Source: Arcobacteraceae bacterium
GTDB lineage: Bacteria; Campylobacterota; Campylobacteria; Campylobacterales; Arcobacteraceae
Direction: 5' to 3'
NCBI GenBank assembly: GCA_965224485.1
Contig: CBDCZH010000018.1
Span: 1 to 64,000 of the forward strand
DNA: 64,000 nucleotides
Below the pieces are notes generated by a model that saw only the letters and a program-made list of their open reading frames with translations, ran no database searches and was not told the origin of the DNA. The position numbers and the translations under genes are program-made. Position 1 is the stretch's first letter; every line of letters starts with the position of its first letter. Shown in pieces: positions 30,285 through 40,176 of the stretch.

Positions 30285-30878
30285 ATGTTACATGATATTG
30301 CAAATAGTATTGTAAGTATTGTAGGAGATTTAGGATATGCTGGAATATTTATTCTAATGTTTTTAGAAAGTACTTTTTTCCCTTTTCCTTCTGAAATTGT
30401 TATGATTCCAGCTGGTTATTTAGTATATAAAGGTGAAATGAACCTTTTTATGGTTTTATTTTGTGGAATATCAGGTAGTTTAATAGGGGCTTTATTTAAC
30501 TATTTTTTAGCAATAAAACTAGGTCGTATTTTATTGATTAAATATGGTAGATATGTTTTAATAAGCGAGCAAACTATTAAAAGAATGGATGATTTTTTTC
30601 TAAATCATGGGCATATCTCAACATTTTCAGGAAGATTAATCCCAGGTGTTAGACAGTTAATCTCTTTTCCAGCAGGTTTAGCAAAAATGAATCTTTTTAC
30701 TTTTTGTTTATATACAAGTTTAGGAGCAGCTATTTGGGTGATTATATTAACTGCTTTAGGATATTATATTGGTGAAGAAGAATTATTATTAAAACAATAT
30801 TTGTCATATATAGTTTATTCTCTTATTACTTTTTTAGCTATTCTTACTTTTATTTATTATAAAAGAACAAAGGTTTAA
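30285..30878 (+). CDS. DedA family membrane protein
   Basis: MFLESTFFPFPSEIVMIPAG and GRLIPGVRQLISFPAG motifs. Confidence 0.93.
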   Translation: MLHDIANSIVSIVGDLGYAGIFILMFLESTFFPFPSEIVMIPAGYLVYKGEMNLFMVLFCGISGSLIGALFNYFLAIKLGRILLIKYGRYVLISEQTIKRMDDFFLNHGHISTFSGRLIPGVRQLISFPAGLAKMNLFTFCLYTSLGAAIWVIILTALGYYIGEEELLLKQYLSYIVYSLITFLAILTFIYYKRTKV

Positions 30879-30879
30879 A

Positions 30880-31527
30880 ATGACAGCTTTAGTAACTGGT
30901 TATAGTTCAGGTATAGGCAAGGCAATTTGTGAAGAACTTGAAAAAAACTCATATACTATAGTAAAATTACAAACACGATTAGAAGATACAAAAAATTTAG
31001 AACTAGAAGTTAAAAAGATATTAAAAAACAATGATATAAATATTTTAGTTAATTGTGCTGGTTTTGGAATTTTTAAAGCTCATGAAGAAATACAGGTTTC
31101 ACAAATACTTCAATTAATAGCAGTAAATCTTACTGCTCCTATTATTCTTTCTAACTTATGCTTACGTTCTTTGAAAAAAACAAAAGGTCATATTATAAAC
31201 ATATCTTCAATTGAAGCTACAAAACACTCAAAGTTTTCAGCTTTATATACAGCAAGTAAAGCAGGATTAAGAGATTTTTCATTAAGTTTATTTGAAGAGT
31301 TAAGACGTTCAGAAGTAAAAGTAACATCAATTAACCCAGACCTAACAAAAACACCTTTTTTCTCTAATCTTAACTTTGAGCCAAGTTGCAATGAAAAAGC
31401 TCATTTATTAGCTTCTCAAGTAGCTAAAACGGTATTAGATGTGATAAATTTTGAAGGTGTTATTACAGATATAACTCTAAGACCTATGAAACTTGAAATC
31501 ACAAAAAAGAAAGTTATAAAAGACTAG
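30880..31527 (+). CDS. Short-chain dehydrogenase/reductase
   Basis: TGYSSGIG, LVNCAG and YTASK motifs. Confidence 0.9.
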   Translation: MTALVTGYSSGIGKAICEELEKNSYTIVKLQTRLEDTKNLELEVKKILKNNDINILVNCAGFGIFKAHEEIQVSQILQLIAVNLTAPIILSNLCLRSLKKTKGHIINISSIEATKHSKFSALYTASKAGLRDFSLSLFEELRRSEVKVTSINPDLTKTPFFSNLNFEPSCNEKAHLLASQVAKTVLDVINFEGVITDITLRPMKLEITKKKVIKD

Positions 31528-31528
31528 T

Positions 31529-31822
31529 TTACTTCTTATCTTCATATCTTGCTAATATTTCTATTAAATGAAAACCAAATTCAGTTTTAATAGGGCCATG
31601 GATTTTATGTAAATCTTCTTTAAATACAACAGCATCAAACTCTTTTACCATATCTCCTTTTAAAAAAGTACCTAAATTCCCTTTTTGTTTTTTAGAAGAA
31701 CAAGATGAGTATTTCTTAGTAGCTTTTTCAAAAGTAATCTTTTGTGATAAAATCTCTTTTTTAATCTTAGTTGCTTCTTTAAAAGATTTTACTAAAATAT
31801 GTCGAACACTCGCTTTTGCCAT
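31529..31822 (-). CDS. ppiC: Parvulin-type peptidyl-prolyl isomerase
   Basis: ASVRHILVK, GNLGTF, MVKEFD and KTEFGFHLIE motifs. Confidence 0.92.
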   Translation of the reverse strand: MAKASVRHILVKSFKEATKIKKEILSQKITFEKATKKYSSCSSKKQKGNLGTFLKGDMVKEFDAVVFKEDLHKIHGPIKTEFGFHLIEILARYEDKK

Positions 31823-31847
31823 GTGTATCCTTTTTTGAATTAAGTAC

Positions 31848-32318
31848 TTAAATAATAGGTCTATTATATCTCATAAAATATAATGAAGGTAAAGCCAAAC
31901 CCAAACCAATAGCACTTAATATTGAGATAGCTTTTAATGCATTTTGTACAAAAAGTGTTATTAACTCTATTGATACTGCATGGGAATTCATATCAATTAA
32001 GGCTATCATTGCAGTAAAAGCATAAGTTCCTGGAAGAAGAGGAATAATTGAGGCAACTGTGTAAATAGGTCTTGGAATTTTATATTTTCTTGACCAATAA
32101 AATGTAATCATTCCTATAATAGTAGAAGCTATGAATGTTGCTAGTTCTATTGAAATATTTAAATCTATTAAAATATACCTTGAAGTAAAAGCAATAGAAC
32201 CTCCAAGTGCACAATAAATTAAAGTATGTTTAGGAACATTAAAAACCATTGCAAAACCAAGAGCTGGAATTGCAGAAAAAATAGCATTGAAAAAATAAGT
32301 ACTAATTACTTCACTCAT
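31848..32318 (-). CDS. Threonine/serine/succinate exporter small subunit (YjjB/ThrE-C)
   Basis: GFAMVFNVP and IIPLLPG motifs; TAATG-coupled to the upstream ThrE-like gene. Confidence 0.85.
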   Translation of the reverse strand: MSEVISTYFFNAIFSAIPALGFAMVFNVPKHTLIYCALGGSIAFTSRYILIDLNISIELATFIASTIIGMITFYWSRKYKIPRPIYTVASIIPLLPGTYAFTAMIALIDMNSHAVSIELITLFVQNALKAISILSAIGLGLALPSLYFMRYNRPII

Positions 32319-33106
32319 TACCAACCTTCAACATTAAGTAAAGAAAAAGCTAAAATTATACCAATACTAGTTGCAACAGTTAAAAGTGTAGCTTGCATCC
32401 ATCTTCCCCAAGCCATTGATAAATAACCCTTAAGCGCATCTAAAACTGAGTTAATAAAAGGAAAACCAGGAGCTAGTAAAATTACACTAGATGTTAGTGC
32501 AATATTAGGTGTTTGACTTAGGTTAAGGGTATAAGCTAAACTTGAAATAGCAGTTGCTACAAAAGCAGTTATTGCAAAAGCTATAAATAAAACAAATTTT
32601 TTCCTTGCAAGTTCTTGTCTAACATACATAGCAGTAGAGGATGCGAAAAATGTGATAATAAAAGCTTGCCAATCTGCTCCATAAAGGTAAGAAAAACTAG
32701 CACATGATAAACCAACCATAAATATAATAAGATTCTTATTATAATATTTTGGTTTTATATTTTTCATTGTTTCTATCATATAATTAGCATCATAAGAGTT
32801 TTCTTCAACTTGAAAAATCATATTTTGAACATCACAAACAATTGACATATTAATTGGTTTGTGATGGACTCTTCTTGTAGTTGTAATACATTGCTTATTG
32901 TATAAAGCAGTTAATACAATAGCTGAAGGAATTAGTGAAATTTCAACAGAATCAAGACCTAATGCTTTCCCTAATCTTTGCGCAGTTAATTCAACAAGCC
33001 TACTTTCTGCACCAAATTCTAAGATTAAAACAGAAGCTTTTATTACAGCCCTGGTTATTTTGATTAACTCTTCTTTACTTAATTCTTTTTTAATATTTTT
33101 TAACAT
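32318..33106 (-). CDS. Threonine/serine/succinate exporter large subunit (YjjP/ThrE)
   Basis: GAESRLVE, GLSCASF and LLAPGFPFINSVLD motifs. Confidence 0.87.
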   Translation of the reverse strand: MLKNIKKELSKEELIKITRAVIKASVLILEFGAESRLVELTAQRLGKALGLDSVEISLIPSAIVLTALYNKQCITTTRRVHHKPINMSIVCDVQNMIFQVEENSYDANYMIETMKNIKPKYYNKNLIIFMVGLSCASFSYLYGADWQAFIITFFASSTAMYVRQELARKKFVLFIAFAITAFVATAISSLAYTLNLSQTPNIALTSSVILLAPGFPFINSVLDALKGYLSMAWGRWMQATLLTVATSIGIILAFSLLNVEGW

Positions 33107-33112
33107 ATGTTT

Positions 33113-34726
33113 TTATAAAATTATATCAATTGAACTTTGAGGTTTACCAATATAATAACCCTGAACAAAATCAACCCCAATTTCAATAATTATATCTGCT
33201 ATTTCTTTTGAGTGAACTTTTTCCGCAATTGTTTTAACGCCAATATTTCTAGCAAAGTCAACTATTGATTTTACAATAATTCTAGAATCTATGTTATTAT
33301 CAATATTTTCAATTAAAGAACTATCAATTTTTAAATAATCAACTTTTAAATTTACTATATAAGAAAAATTAGAATATCCAGAACCAAAATCATCAATTGC
33401 AATTTTTACGTCAAATTCTTTTATTTTTTTAATAAAATTATTTACTAAAGAAAAGTCATTGATTTCTTCACTTTCTAATAATTCAATTATTAATCTATTT
33501 CCAAGTTGATACTTTTTTAACATCTCAAAAAGATATTCCATTGTTTCTTCATTCACAATATCATCAATTGATAAATTAATTGAAAACTCAATACCTTCTT
33601 TATCTTTAAAATATAGAAAAGATTTTTCAATAATTCTTTTAGTAATAATGGGATACTGTTTTGCATTTTTAGATATACCCAAGAAAATATCAGGAGAGTA
33701 GGTCTTATCTTCATGAATCATTCTTGCTAAACACTCATATTTATTTATTGTATTTGTTTTAACATCTTTAATAGCTTGAAAATAAACAGTAATATTATCA
33801 CTTTCAAGAGCTTGTTTTATATTAGCACTCCATGTTATATGTTTTTCATACTCTTCTTGTAAACCAAGTGAGTTATCAAACTCTTCAAAAAGTGTTTTTT
33901 TGATTTTTGCATTTCTTACTGCAATTGTTGCTTTTTCAACTATTCTATCTTTTGTATCAAAAACTACACCTAAAGAAGATTGTATATAAATGTCTGTGTC
34001 GTTATAAACATAATAAATACTATTTAAAGATTTTATCAAAGCTTTACAATAATCAATTGTAATCTTTTCTTGTGTTAAAATTGCAAATTCATCTCCAAAA
34101 AGTCTATATACCTTATGAGAATATCTTGTTTTTTCTCTTAAGTACATTGCTAGTTGTTTTAAAATAACATCGCCAACTTTAACTCCGTAAAAATTATTTA
34201 GTTTTCTAAAAGAGTCAATATCTATAATCATTAAAGAATTATATTCATTTTTTTTAATATCTTCATTTAGTTTTACAAAGTTAGGAAGCCTTGTTAGGGA
34301 GTCTGTATATAAATTGTCAAATAACTTATCATAAAAGAATTTGGTTTTTTGTATTAAAGAATTAAAAGAGTTTTCTAAAATAAGAATTTCTGTGATTTTT
34401 GGATTCACATTTGATTTTATATCTAAATCATCACTTTTACTAAGAGCTTGAATACTTTTTGAAAATAATGTAATTGTTGAAACAATTTTTTTATTAACTA
34501 CAATGTAAAATATGAAAGAACAAATTAGAAGTAGGCTTATAAAAAAACCTGCATAATAAATACTTAAATTATGTAAGGCTGTTTTAATATCTTGAGTATT
34601 ATTTGCAATATGAAATTCTTTAATTAAAAATGTTGCAAATATTACAATGAATATGCTAGAAACTAAAAGAATTAGTATTATTTTTAGAATAAGTTTTTTA
34701 GTAGATATAGTTTTGTTTTTATTCAT
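33113..34726 (-). CDS. Membrane GGDEF(degenerate)-EAL protein, probable c-di-GMP phosphodiesterase
   Basis: Two TM segments, DSLTRLPN, FGDEF, YECLAR, DDFGSGYS, LKIDSS and QGYYIGKP. Confidence 0.9.
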   Translation of the reverse strand: MNKNKTISTKKLILKIILILLVSSIFIVIFATFLIKEFHIANNTQDIKTALHNLSIYYAGFFISLLLICSFIFYIVVNKKIVSTITLFSKSIQALSKSDDLDIKSNVNPKITEILILENSFNSLIQKTKFFYDKLFDNLYTDSLTRLPNFVKLNEDIKKNEYNSLMIIDIDSFRKLNNFYGVKVGDVILKQLAMYLREKTRYSHKVYRLFGDEFAILTQEKITIDYCKALIKSLNSIYYVYNDTDIYIQSSLGVVFDTKDRIVEKATIAVRNAKIKKTLFEEFDNSLGLQEEYEKHITWSANIKQALESDNITVYFQAIKDVKTNTINKYECLARMIHEDKTYSPDIFLGISKNAKQYPIITKRIIEKSFLYFKDKEGIEFSINLSIDDIVNEETMEYLFEMLKKYQLGNRLIIELLESEEINDFSLVNNFIKKIKEFDVKIAIDDFGSGYSNFSYIVNLKVDYLKIDSSLIENIDNNIDSRIIVKSIVDFARNIGVKTIAEKVHSKEIADIIIEIGVDFVQGYYIGKPQSSIDIIL

Positions 34727-34845
34727 AGTTGTCCATGATGTTTGAATTTAGCCTAATAGTAGCATAATTATTCATAATAAAAATTAATATTATTATCTCT
34801 TTTTATAGATAATTTTTAAAAAAAATGTAAAGTAAATATCTCTTA

Positions 34846-34859
34846 TTGATATTTATCAA
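34846..34859. promoter_or_regulatory. Perfect FNR/Dnr/Nss-type box
   Basis: TTGAT-ATTT-ATCAA, with TATAAT at about 34882 and the AAGGA RBS of 34915 downstream. Confidence 0.75.
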
Positions 34860-34914
34860 TACTCTTTTTATTAAAATTACTTATAATTGCACAAATGAAA
34901 ACAAGGATTATAAT

Positions 34915-35259
34915 ATGCAATTATTACCAAACGATGCTAAGAAAATAGAAATAGCAAATGCAACAGTAGATTTTTTTGAATATATACAAGATGGTTTAAC
35001 ATTCTACTATTTTGATACTTCAGCTTGTGGACCACCTGAACCTATGGTAAATGCCATGTTAGGTTTACAATTATTAGATAATGATAATAAAAGATTAATC
35101 ATGATTAATCATAAAGCACCAGGTGGTCTTTTCCCTAAAATTGAAGAAAACTACACTTATGAAGTATCACAAATTGATGGTATGGCAAAAGTTGTTTTTG
35201 CTTTTAAAGGTGGAAACTCAAATGATACAGATTTTTCATCAAACAAATGTGGTGGATGA
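34915..35259 (+). CDS. DUF2249/SirA(TusA)-like small protein
   Basis: FDTSACGPPEPMVNA...LIMINHKAPGGLFP and C-terminal KCGG; AAGGA RBS. Confidence 0.7.
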   Translation: MQLLPNDAKKIEIANATVDFFEYIQDGLTFYYFDTSACGPPEPMVNAMLGLQLLDNDNKRLIMINHKAPGGLFPKIEENYTYEVSQIDGMAKVVFAFKGGNSNDTDFSSNKCGG

Positions 35260-35267
35260 GAAAATAA

Positions 35268-36503
35268 ATGAAACCAATATCACAAGATTTTGCACCTCCT
35301 TTTAATTTAATATCACCATATTTTATTATAGGAACACTTGTTTTCTTTCTATCTTCACTTTTCTTATTTACTTTTGATGTAAGTACTTTAAGTTATTTAG
35401 ACCCTAAACTTTTGTCTTTAGTGCACCTTTTCTTATTAGGTTTTGTGATGATGATTATTTTTGGAGCTATGGCTCAATTAATTCCTGTAACTCTTGAAGT
35501 AGGGCACTCTTGTGTTGAATTATATTATGTAATTTGGCCCTTACTTATAAGTGGTACAGCTTTAATGTTTTTTGGCTTCTCTTCTTTACCAATTCTTTTG
35601 CCCTTTGGTGGGCTTATTGTTTTAATAGCAATGTTTATATTTTTAGCAGAAGTATTCTTAACAATAAAAAAAGTAAAAAAATATAATAACGTAATTAAAA
35701 GTTTAATTATTTCAAATATATTTTTATTTATTGGTGTGATAATAGGTATTATTTTAGCCCTAGCTTATTCTGGTTTGATTATAGTAGATATGGATGCTTT
35801 ATTAAAAGTGCATGTTTTTTTACTAGTTCTTGGATATATAGTAATAACTATTATGGCCTTATCTTTAATACTTTTACCAATGTTTGGTTTATCACATAAT
35901 TTTTCACAAAAACCTCTTAACTTTGCAGTTATTACAACTTCATTAGCTGTTGTTTGTATTTTTACTGCTAATATTTTTACTATTAAATACTTAGAGTTAA
36001 TTGGTTTTATATTCGCAAGTATCGCGTTAATGGTCTTTTTTTATCAGGTATTCTTAATATATAAAACAAGAGCTAGAAAAGAAATTGATGTTTATGTTTA
36101 TCATTTGTTTTTTGCTTTTTCTGCTCTAGTTATAGCAATTGTTTTAGCCTTATATTACATATATACTTTGAATGAAAAATTTCTTTTAGTAAGTGGATTT
36201 TTATTTATATTTGGTTTTTTCTCTTTTGTAATAATTGGGCATATTTATAAAATTGTTCCTTTTTTAGTTTGGTTTGAAAAATTTGCACCTTTAGTTGGAA
36301 AAGAACCTGTTCCTATGTTAGCAGATATGGTTCCTACTAGTGCAGCAAAACTTTCGTTTTATTTTTTAAGCATTGCTGTTGTTGTTATATCATTCTCAAT
36401 ATTTTTAAGTAATGATATTATGTTTAAAAGTGGAGTCTCTTTTTTAGTAATTGGCTCTATTTTTGTTTTTAAAAATTTAATTTATATGATAAGGTTTAAA
36501 TAA
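35268..36503 (+). CDS. Multi-pass (about 12 TM) His-containing membrane protein of the type found with DUF2249/DUF59
   Basis: Repeated H-x-(F/L)-LLG units (VHLFLLGF...GAMAQLIPV; VHVFLLVLG...LILLPMF) and GHIYKIVPFLVW. Confidence 0.75.
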   Translation: MKPISQDFAPPFNLISPYFIIGTLVFFLSSLFLFTFDVSTLSYLDPKLLSLVHLFLLGFVMMIIFGAMAQLIPVTLEVGHSCVELYYVIWPLLISGTALMFFGFSSLPILLPFGGLIVLIAMFIFLAEVFLTIKKVKKYNNVIKSLIISNIFLFIGVIIGIILALAYSGLIIVDMDALLKVHVFLLVLGYIVITIMALSLILLPMFGLSHNFSQKPLNFAVITTSLAVVCIFTANIFTIKYLELIGFIFASIALMVFFYQVFLIYKTRARKEIDVYVYHLFFAFSALVIAIVLALYYIYTLNEKFLLVSGFLFIFGFFSFVIIGHIYKIVPFLVWFEKFAPLVGKEPVPMLADMVPTSAAKLSFYFLSIAVVVISFSIFLSNDIMFKSGVSFLVIGSIFVFKNLIYMIRFK

Positions 36504-36805
36504 TGTATAACAAAGAAGAAATATTTAAAGCAGTATCAACTGTAAAAGATCCTGAAGTTGGTTTTAATCTTGTAGAAATGGGTTTAATTTATGATGCCTC
36601 TTGTACTAACGAAGGTGATGTGAAAGTTATTATGACTCTTTCAACTAAAGCTTGTCCTTTACATCAAATGATAGTTCAATGGGTAGAAGAAGCTGTTTTA
36701 AGAGAATTACCAAATTCAAAAAATGCTGAAGTAGAAGTTGTTTGGGAACCAGTTTGGAATCCTGGAATGGCTGATGAGAGTGTTAAGGTTGCTTTAGGCG
36801 GATAG
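36503..36805 (+). CDS. DUF59/SufT/PaaD-like metal-sulfur cluster assembly factor
   Basis: VKDPEVGFNLVEMGLIY, MTLSTKACPL and VVWEPVW motifs. Confidence 0.92.
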   Translation: MYNKEEIFKAVSTVKDPEVGFNLVEMGLIYDASCTNEGDVKVIMTLSTKACPLHQMIVQWVEEAVLRELPNSKNAEVEVVWEPVWNPGMADESVKVALGG

Positions 36806-36905
36806 ACATAAAAACTTGTAGTAATGTAATACAAACTAATTTAAAGATACAAAATTTATAAAATTGATAATAATCTTGATATAATAAATATATTAAGGAT
36901 TATTA

Positions 36906-37238
36906 TTGAAAGAACTCACAAATTATTTTTTGAATAAAAATATACTTTTTAAAAATATTGAAAAAATTGATTTAAAAGAGTTAAAAAGCAGAAAGAAATT
37001 AGAACTTTATTATGCTTTAGATATAAAAAAACATTATTATGCAATTTTTATTATAAATCAAAAGAGTCGATTTATAAGTAAAAATGCCCAAGATTTAATG
37101 CTTTTATTAAATGATTTAATAGTATTAAAAGACCATAATTTTAAGAAAAAAATTCTCCTTATCTCTTCCCCTTTATGTTCAAAAGCAAAACTTTTATTAA
37201 AAGAAAATTCATGGAGTGTGAAAAATGATTTTATGTGA
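36906..37238 (+). CDS. Conserved hypothetical protein upstream of coaX
   Basis: TTG start with AAGGA RBS; SPLCSKAK motif; overlaps coaX. Confidence 0.65.
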   Translation: MKELTNYFLNKNILFKNIEKIDLKELKSRKKLELYYALDIKKHYYAIFIINQKSRFISKNAQDLMLLLNDLIVLKDHNFKKKILLISSPLCSKAKLLLKENSWSVKNDFM

Positions 37239-37851
37239 TATTGGAAATACAAAGTATAAGTTTTTAATTAATAATGAAAAATTTACTTATTTTATGCATG
37301 AGGCTTTGCCTGTAATTCATGAAAAAGTATATTATATATCTGTAAATGAGACTGCTTTATTAAAACTAAAACATGCTTATGATGATATTATTGATTTAGA
37401 ACCTTATATAAATTTCGAAACTTTATATGATGGCATGGGACTAGATAGAAAAGTTGTATGTACTGGTCTAAAAGATGTAGTTATTGTAGATGCTGGCTCT
37501 GCTATTACTGTTGATATTATGGATAAAAACATTCATCAAGGTGGTTTTATTCTTGCAGGATTAAAGAGTTTAAAAGATAATTATGAAAATATATCTATAA
37601 AACTAGATATAGATTTTAATCTAAAGGTAAACTTAGATAAAATTCCACTTAATACGCAAGATGCTATTTCTTATGGAATTATAAAATCAATCATTACTCC
37701 TATTATTGAAGTATCAAAAGATAAACAAGTAATTTTTACAGGTGGAGATGGTGAACTTTTAAGTTCTTTTATAAAAAATAGTATTTACAGAGAAAATTTA
37801 ATTTTTGATAACATGGAAGGAATTATTAATGCTAACAATTGCATTACCTAA
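37225..37851 (+). CDS. coaX: Type III pantothenate kinase
   Basis: CDIGNT, GLDRK, VDAGSAITVD and TGGDG motifs. Confidence 0.93.
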   Translation: MILCDIGNTKYKFLINNEKFTYFMHEALPVIHEKVYYISVNETALLKLKHAYDDIIDLEPYINFETLYDGMGLDRKVVCTGLKDVVIVDAGSAITVDIMDKNIHQGGFILAGLKSLKDNYENISIKLDIDFNLKVNLDKIPLNTQDAISYGIIKSIITPIIEVSKDKQVIFTGGDGELLSSFIKNSIYRENLIFDNMEGIINANNCIT

Positions 37852-38437
37852 AGGTAGAATTGCCAAAGAGACTTTAGAAAAATTCGAAAAAGCTTTTAAT
37901 GAAAAGTTTGTTTTTGAAGATAGAAAACTTATATTAAAAAAAGCAGGTTTTATTTTTTTAAATGTAAGAAATCAAGATGTTCCAACATATGTAAAATATG
38001 GAGCTGCTGATTTAGGTGTTGTTGGCTTAGATGTTTTAGAAGAAAAAGAGTACGACATAATGAAACTTCTAGATTTAAAACTAGGAGAGTGTAAATTAGC
38101 TATTGGTTTAAAAGCAGGTGAAAAACTTGATTGGACTAAGAGTGAAATTAAAGTTGCCACTAAACATGAAGTAATTGCAAAAAAGTTTTTTGAGAAAAAA
38201 GCAATGGCTGTTGATATTATTAAACTGTATGGTTCAATAGAATTAGCTCCTTTAGTAGGTCTTGCTGATTGTATTGTTGATATTGTTGAAACAGGTGAAA
38301 CAATGAAGCAAAACGGATTAGAAGTAGGTGATACTATTATGTTAAGCTCAGCTTATTTAATTTCAAATAAAAATGCTTTTTACGCTAAAAAAGAAGAAAT
38401 TCTAAACTTAAGAGAAAAAATCGAAGCTGTTTTATAA
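37829..38437 (+). CDS. hisG: ATP phosphoribosyltransferase (short form)
   Basis: MLTIALPKGRI and LYGSIELAPLVGLADCIVDIVETG motifs. Confidence 0.97.
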   Translation: MLTIALPKGRIAKETLEKFEKAFNEKFVFEDRKLILKKAGFIFLNVRNQDVPTYVKYGAADLGVVGLDVLEEKEYDIMKLLDLKLGECKLAIGLKAGEKLDWTKSEIKVATKHEVIAKKFFEKKAMAVDIIKLYGSIELAPLVGLADCIVDIVETGETMKQNGLEVGDTIMLSSAYLISNKNAFYAKKEEILNLREKIEAVL

Positions 38438-39129
38438 TGGGTCTAGATTTATACGCAAGAATAGAAGAATCTTTAGATTTCGATGATGAAGTAAAACATC
38501 TTCATAGTGCTTTTCTAAAAATTATTTTCGAGAAAAACTTAGATGATATTATAGATATTGGCTGTGGTCAAGGTGCTTTTATGATGCATCTTTTAGCTAA
38601 TAAAAAAGAAGCTTATGGAATAGACTTAAGCCTTGAGCAAATTAAAATATCTCAAGCATATAATTTAAGAGCTGATTTTTTAGATATAAAAGATGTAAAA
38701 GAAACATTTTCTTGTGCTACTGCTATTTTTGATGTTATAAATTATGTTCCTAAGGCTGAGTTATCAAAGTTTTTTAAAAACACATACAATGTTTTAAAAC
38801 AAGATTCTTATTTCTTATTTGATGTAAATACCTTCTTTGGTTTCAATGAGGTTGCACAAGGAACTTTAAGTATAAATGAAAATGATAAGTTCATTTGTGT
38901 TGATGCTATTTTTGAGAATGAAAAACTTCAAACAGATTTAACGCTTTTTTCAAAAACGAAAAACAACTTATATATAAAAGAAGAAGATAGTATTACTCAG
39001 TACTATCATGAAACACAAACTTTAAAAGCAAAACTAGAAAAATGTGGTTTTGTCATAGAAGAAATAATTAACTTCAATCTACATACTGATGAAGAAGCTG
39101 ATAAGCTTATTTTTGTCTGTAAAAAATAA
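38437..39129 (+). CDS. Class I SAM-dependent methyltransferase
   Basis: IDIGCGQG, GIDLS and FDVINY motifs. Confidence 0.88.
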   Translation: MGLDLYARIEESLDFDDEVKHLHSAFLKIIFEKNLDDIIDIGCGQGAFMMHLLANKKEAYGIDLSLEQIKISQAYNLRADFLDIKDVKETFSCATAIFDVINYVPKAELSKFFKNTYNVLKQDSYFLFDVNTFFGFNEVAQGTLSINENDKFICVDAIFENEKLQTDLTLFSKTKNNLYIKEEDSITQYYHETQTLKAKLEKCGFVIEEIINFNLHTDEEADKLIFVCKK

Positions 39130-39226
39130 GTATAAACTCTTTGCTCACATATTTTTATTCATTAACTAATTGTTAAATTTTCATTTAATTTTTTAATCTA
39201 TACTTTACTATTAAGAGAGGTTAATT

Positions 39227-40108
39227 ATGAGAGTATTTTTTTTAATTAGTATAATATGTGTACCTATTTATATTATTATAAGTTATTTTGAATTTGATGA
39301 TATGTTGTATTCTAAGTTTAATCAAACATTGAATAAACTTTATAATATAGAACCTGGAGTTGAACTTTATGATTATAGAGTAAAAGTAGATGCTAAAGAG
39401 TTAAAATTTATAAAGAAAAATCTATCAGGACTTACTTATAATAAAAATACAAAAACCTTATTTGCAATCACTAATTCACCAAGAAATATTTATGAACTTG
39501 ATTTATCTGCAAATCTTTTAAGAACAATAAAATTAAGTGGTTTTAAAGACACAGAAGCAATAGTTTATCTAAGAGATAACTTTTTTGCAATTGCAGATGA
39601 GCTAAAAAAAGTTATATATATCTTAGAAATCACTAAAGATACAAATAAAATCAATATAAAAGATTCTTATAGAAAAATAAAAATTGATTTAGATACTTTT
39701 AAAAATCTAGGCTTTGAAGGGCTTGCTTATAATTCAAAAAAAGATGAACTCTATATTGTAAATGAGAAACTACCTTTGCAAATAATTAGAATTACTGGCT
39801 GGTTTGAAAAAAGTGAAAATATGAGTATTAGTTTTGATGATAAATTAATAAAACTAGATAACTTCTCAGATGACTTTTCTGGTTTACACTTTGATTTAAA
39901 AAGCAATAATTTATTATTTTTAAGTGAGGAATCAAAACTTATTTCTGAAGTAAATTTAAATGGAGAGCATATTAGTTTTATAGACTTGGAAAAAGGTTTT
40001 ATGAATTTAAAAAGTGATATTCCTCAAGCAGAAGGTATAACAATGGATGAAAAAGGAACTTTATATATAGTTAGTGAACCAAATTTATTCTATTCTTTTG
40101 AAAAGTAA
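39227..40108 (+). CDS. SdiA-regulated domain (YjiK-like) beta-propeller protein
   Basis: N-terminal TM; NLSGLTYN, NLGFEGLAY and IPQAEGITMD...LYIVSEPNLFY motifs. Confidence 0.85.
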   Translation: MRVFFLISIICVPIYIIISYFEFDDMLYSKFNQTLNKLYNIEPGVELYDYRVKVDAKELKFIKKNLSGLTYNKNTKTLFAITNSPRNIYELDLSANLLRTIKLSGFKDTEAIVYLRDNFFAIADELKKVIYILEITKDTNKINIKDSYRKIKIDLDTFKNLGFEGLAYNSKKDELYIVNEKLPLQIIRITGWFEKSENMSISFDDKLIKLDNFSDDFSGLHFDLKSNNLLFLSEESKLISEVNLNGEHISFIDLEKGFMNLKSDIPQAEGITMDEKGTLYIVSEPNLFYSFEK

Positions 40109-40176
40109 TAATTTATTGTTTTTGCTCAAGGTAAATTTTTATATTTTATATATAATAAGAAGAAAAAAGGATTAAA

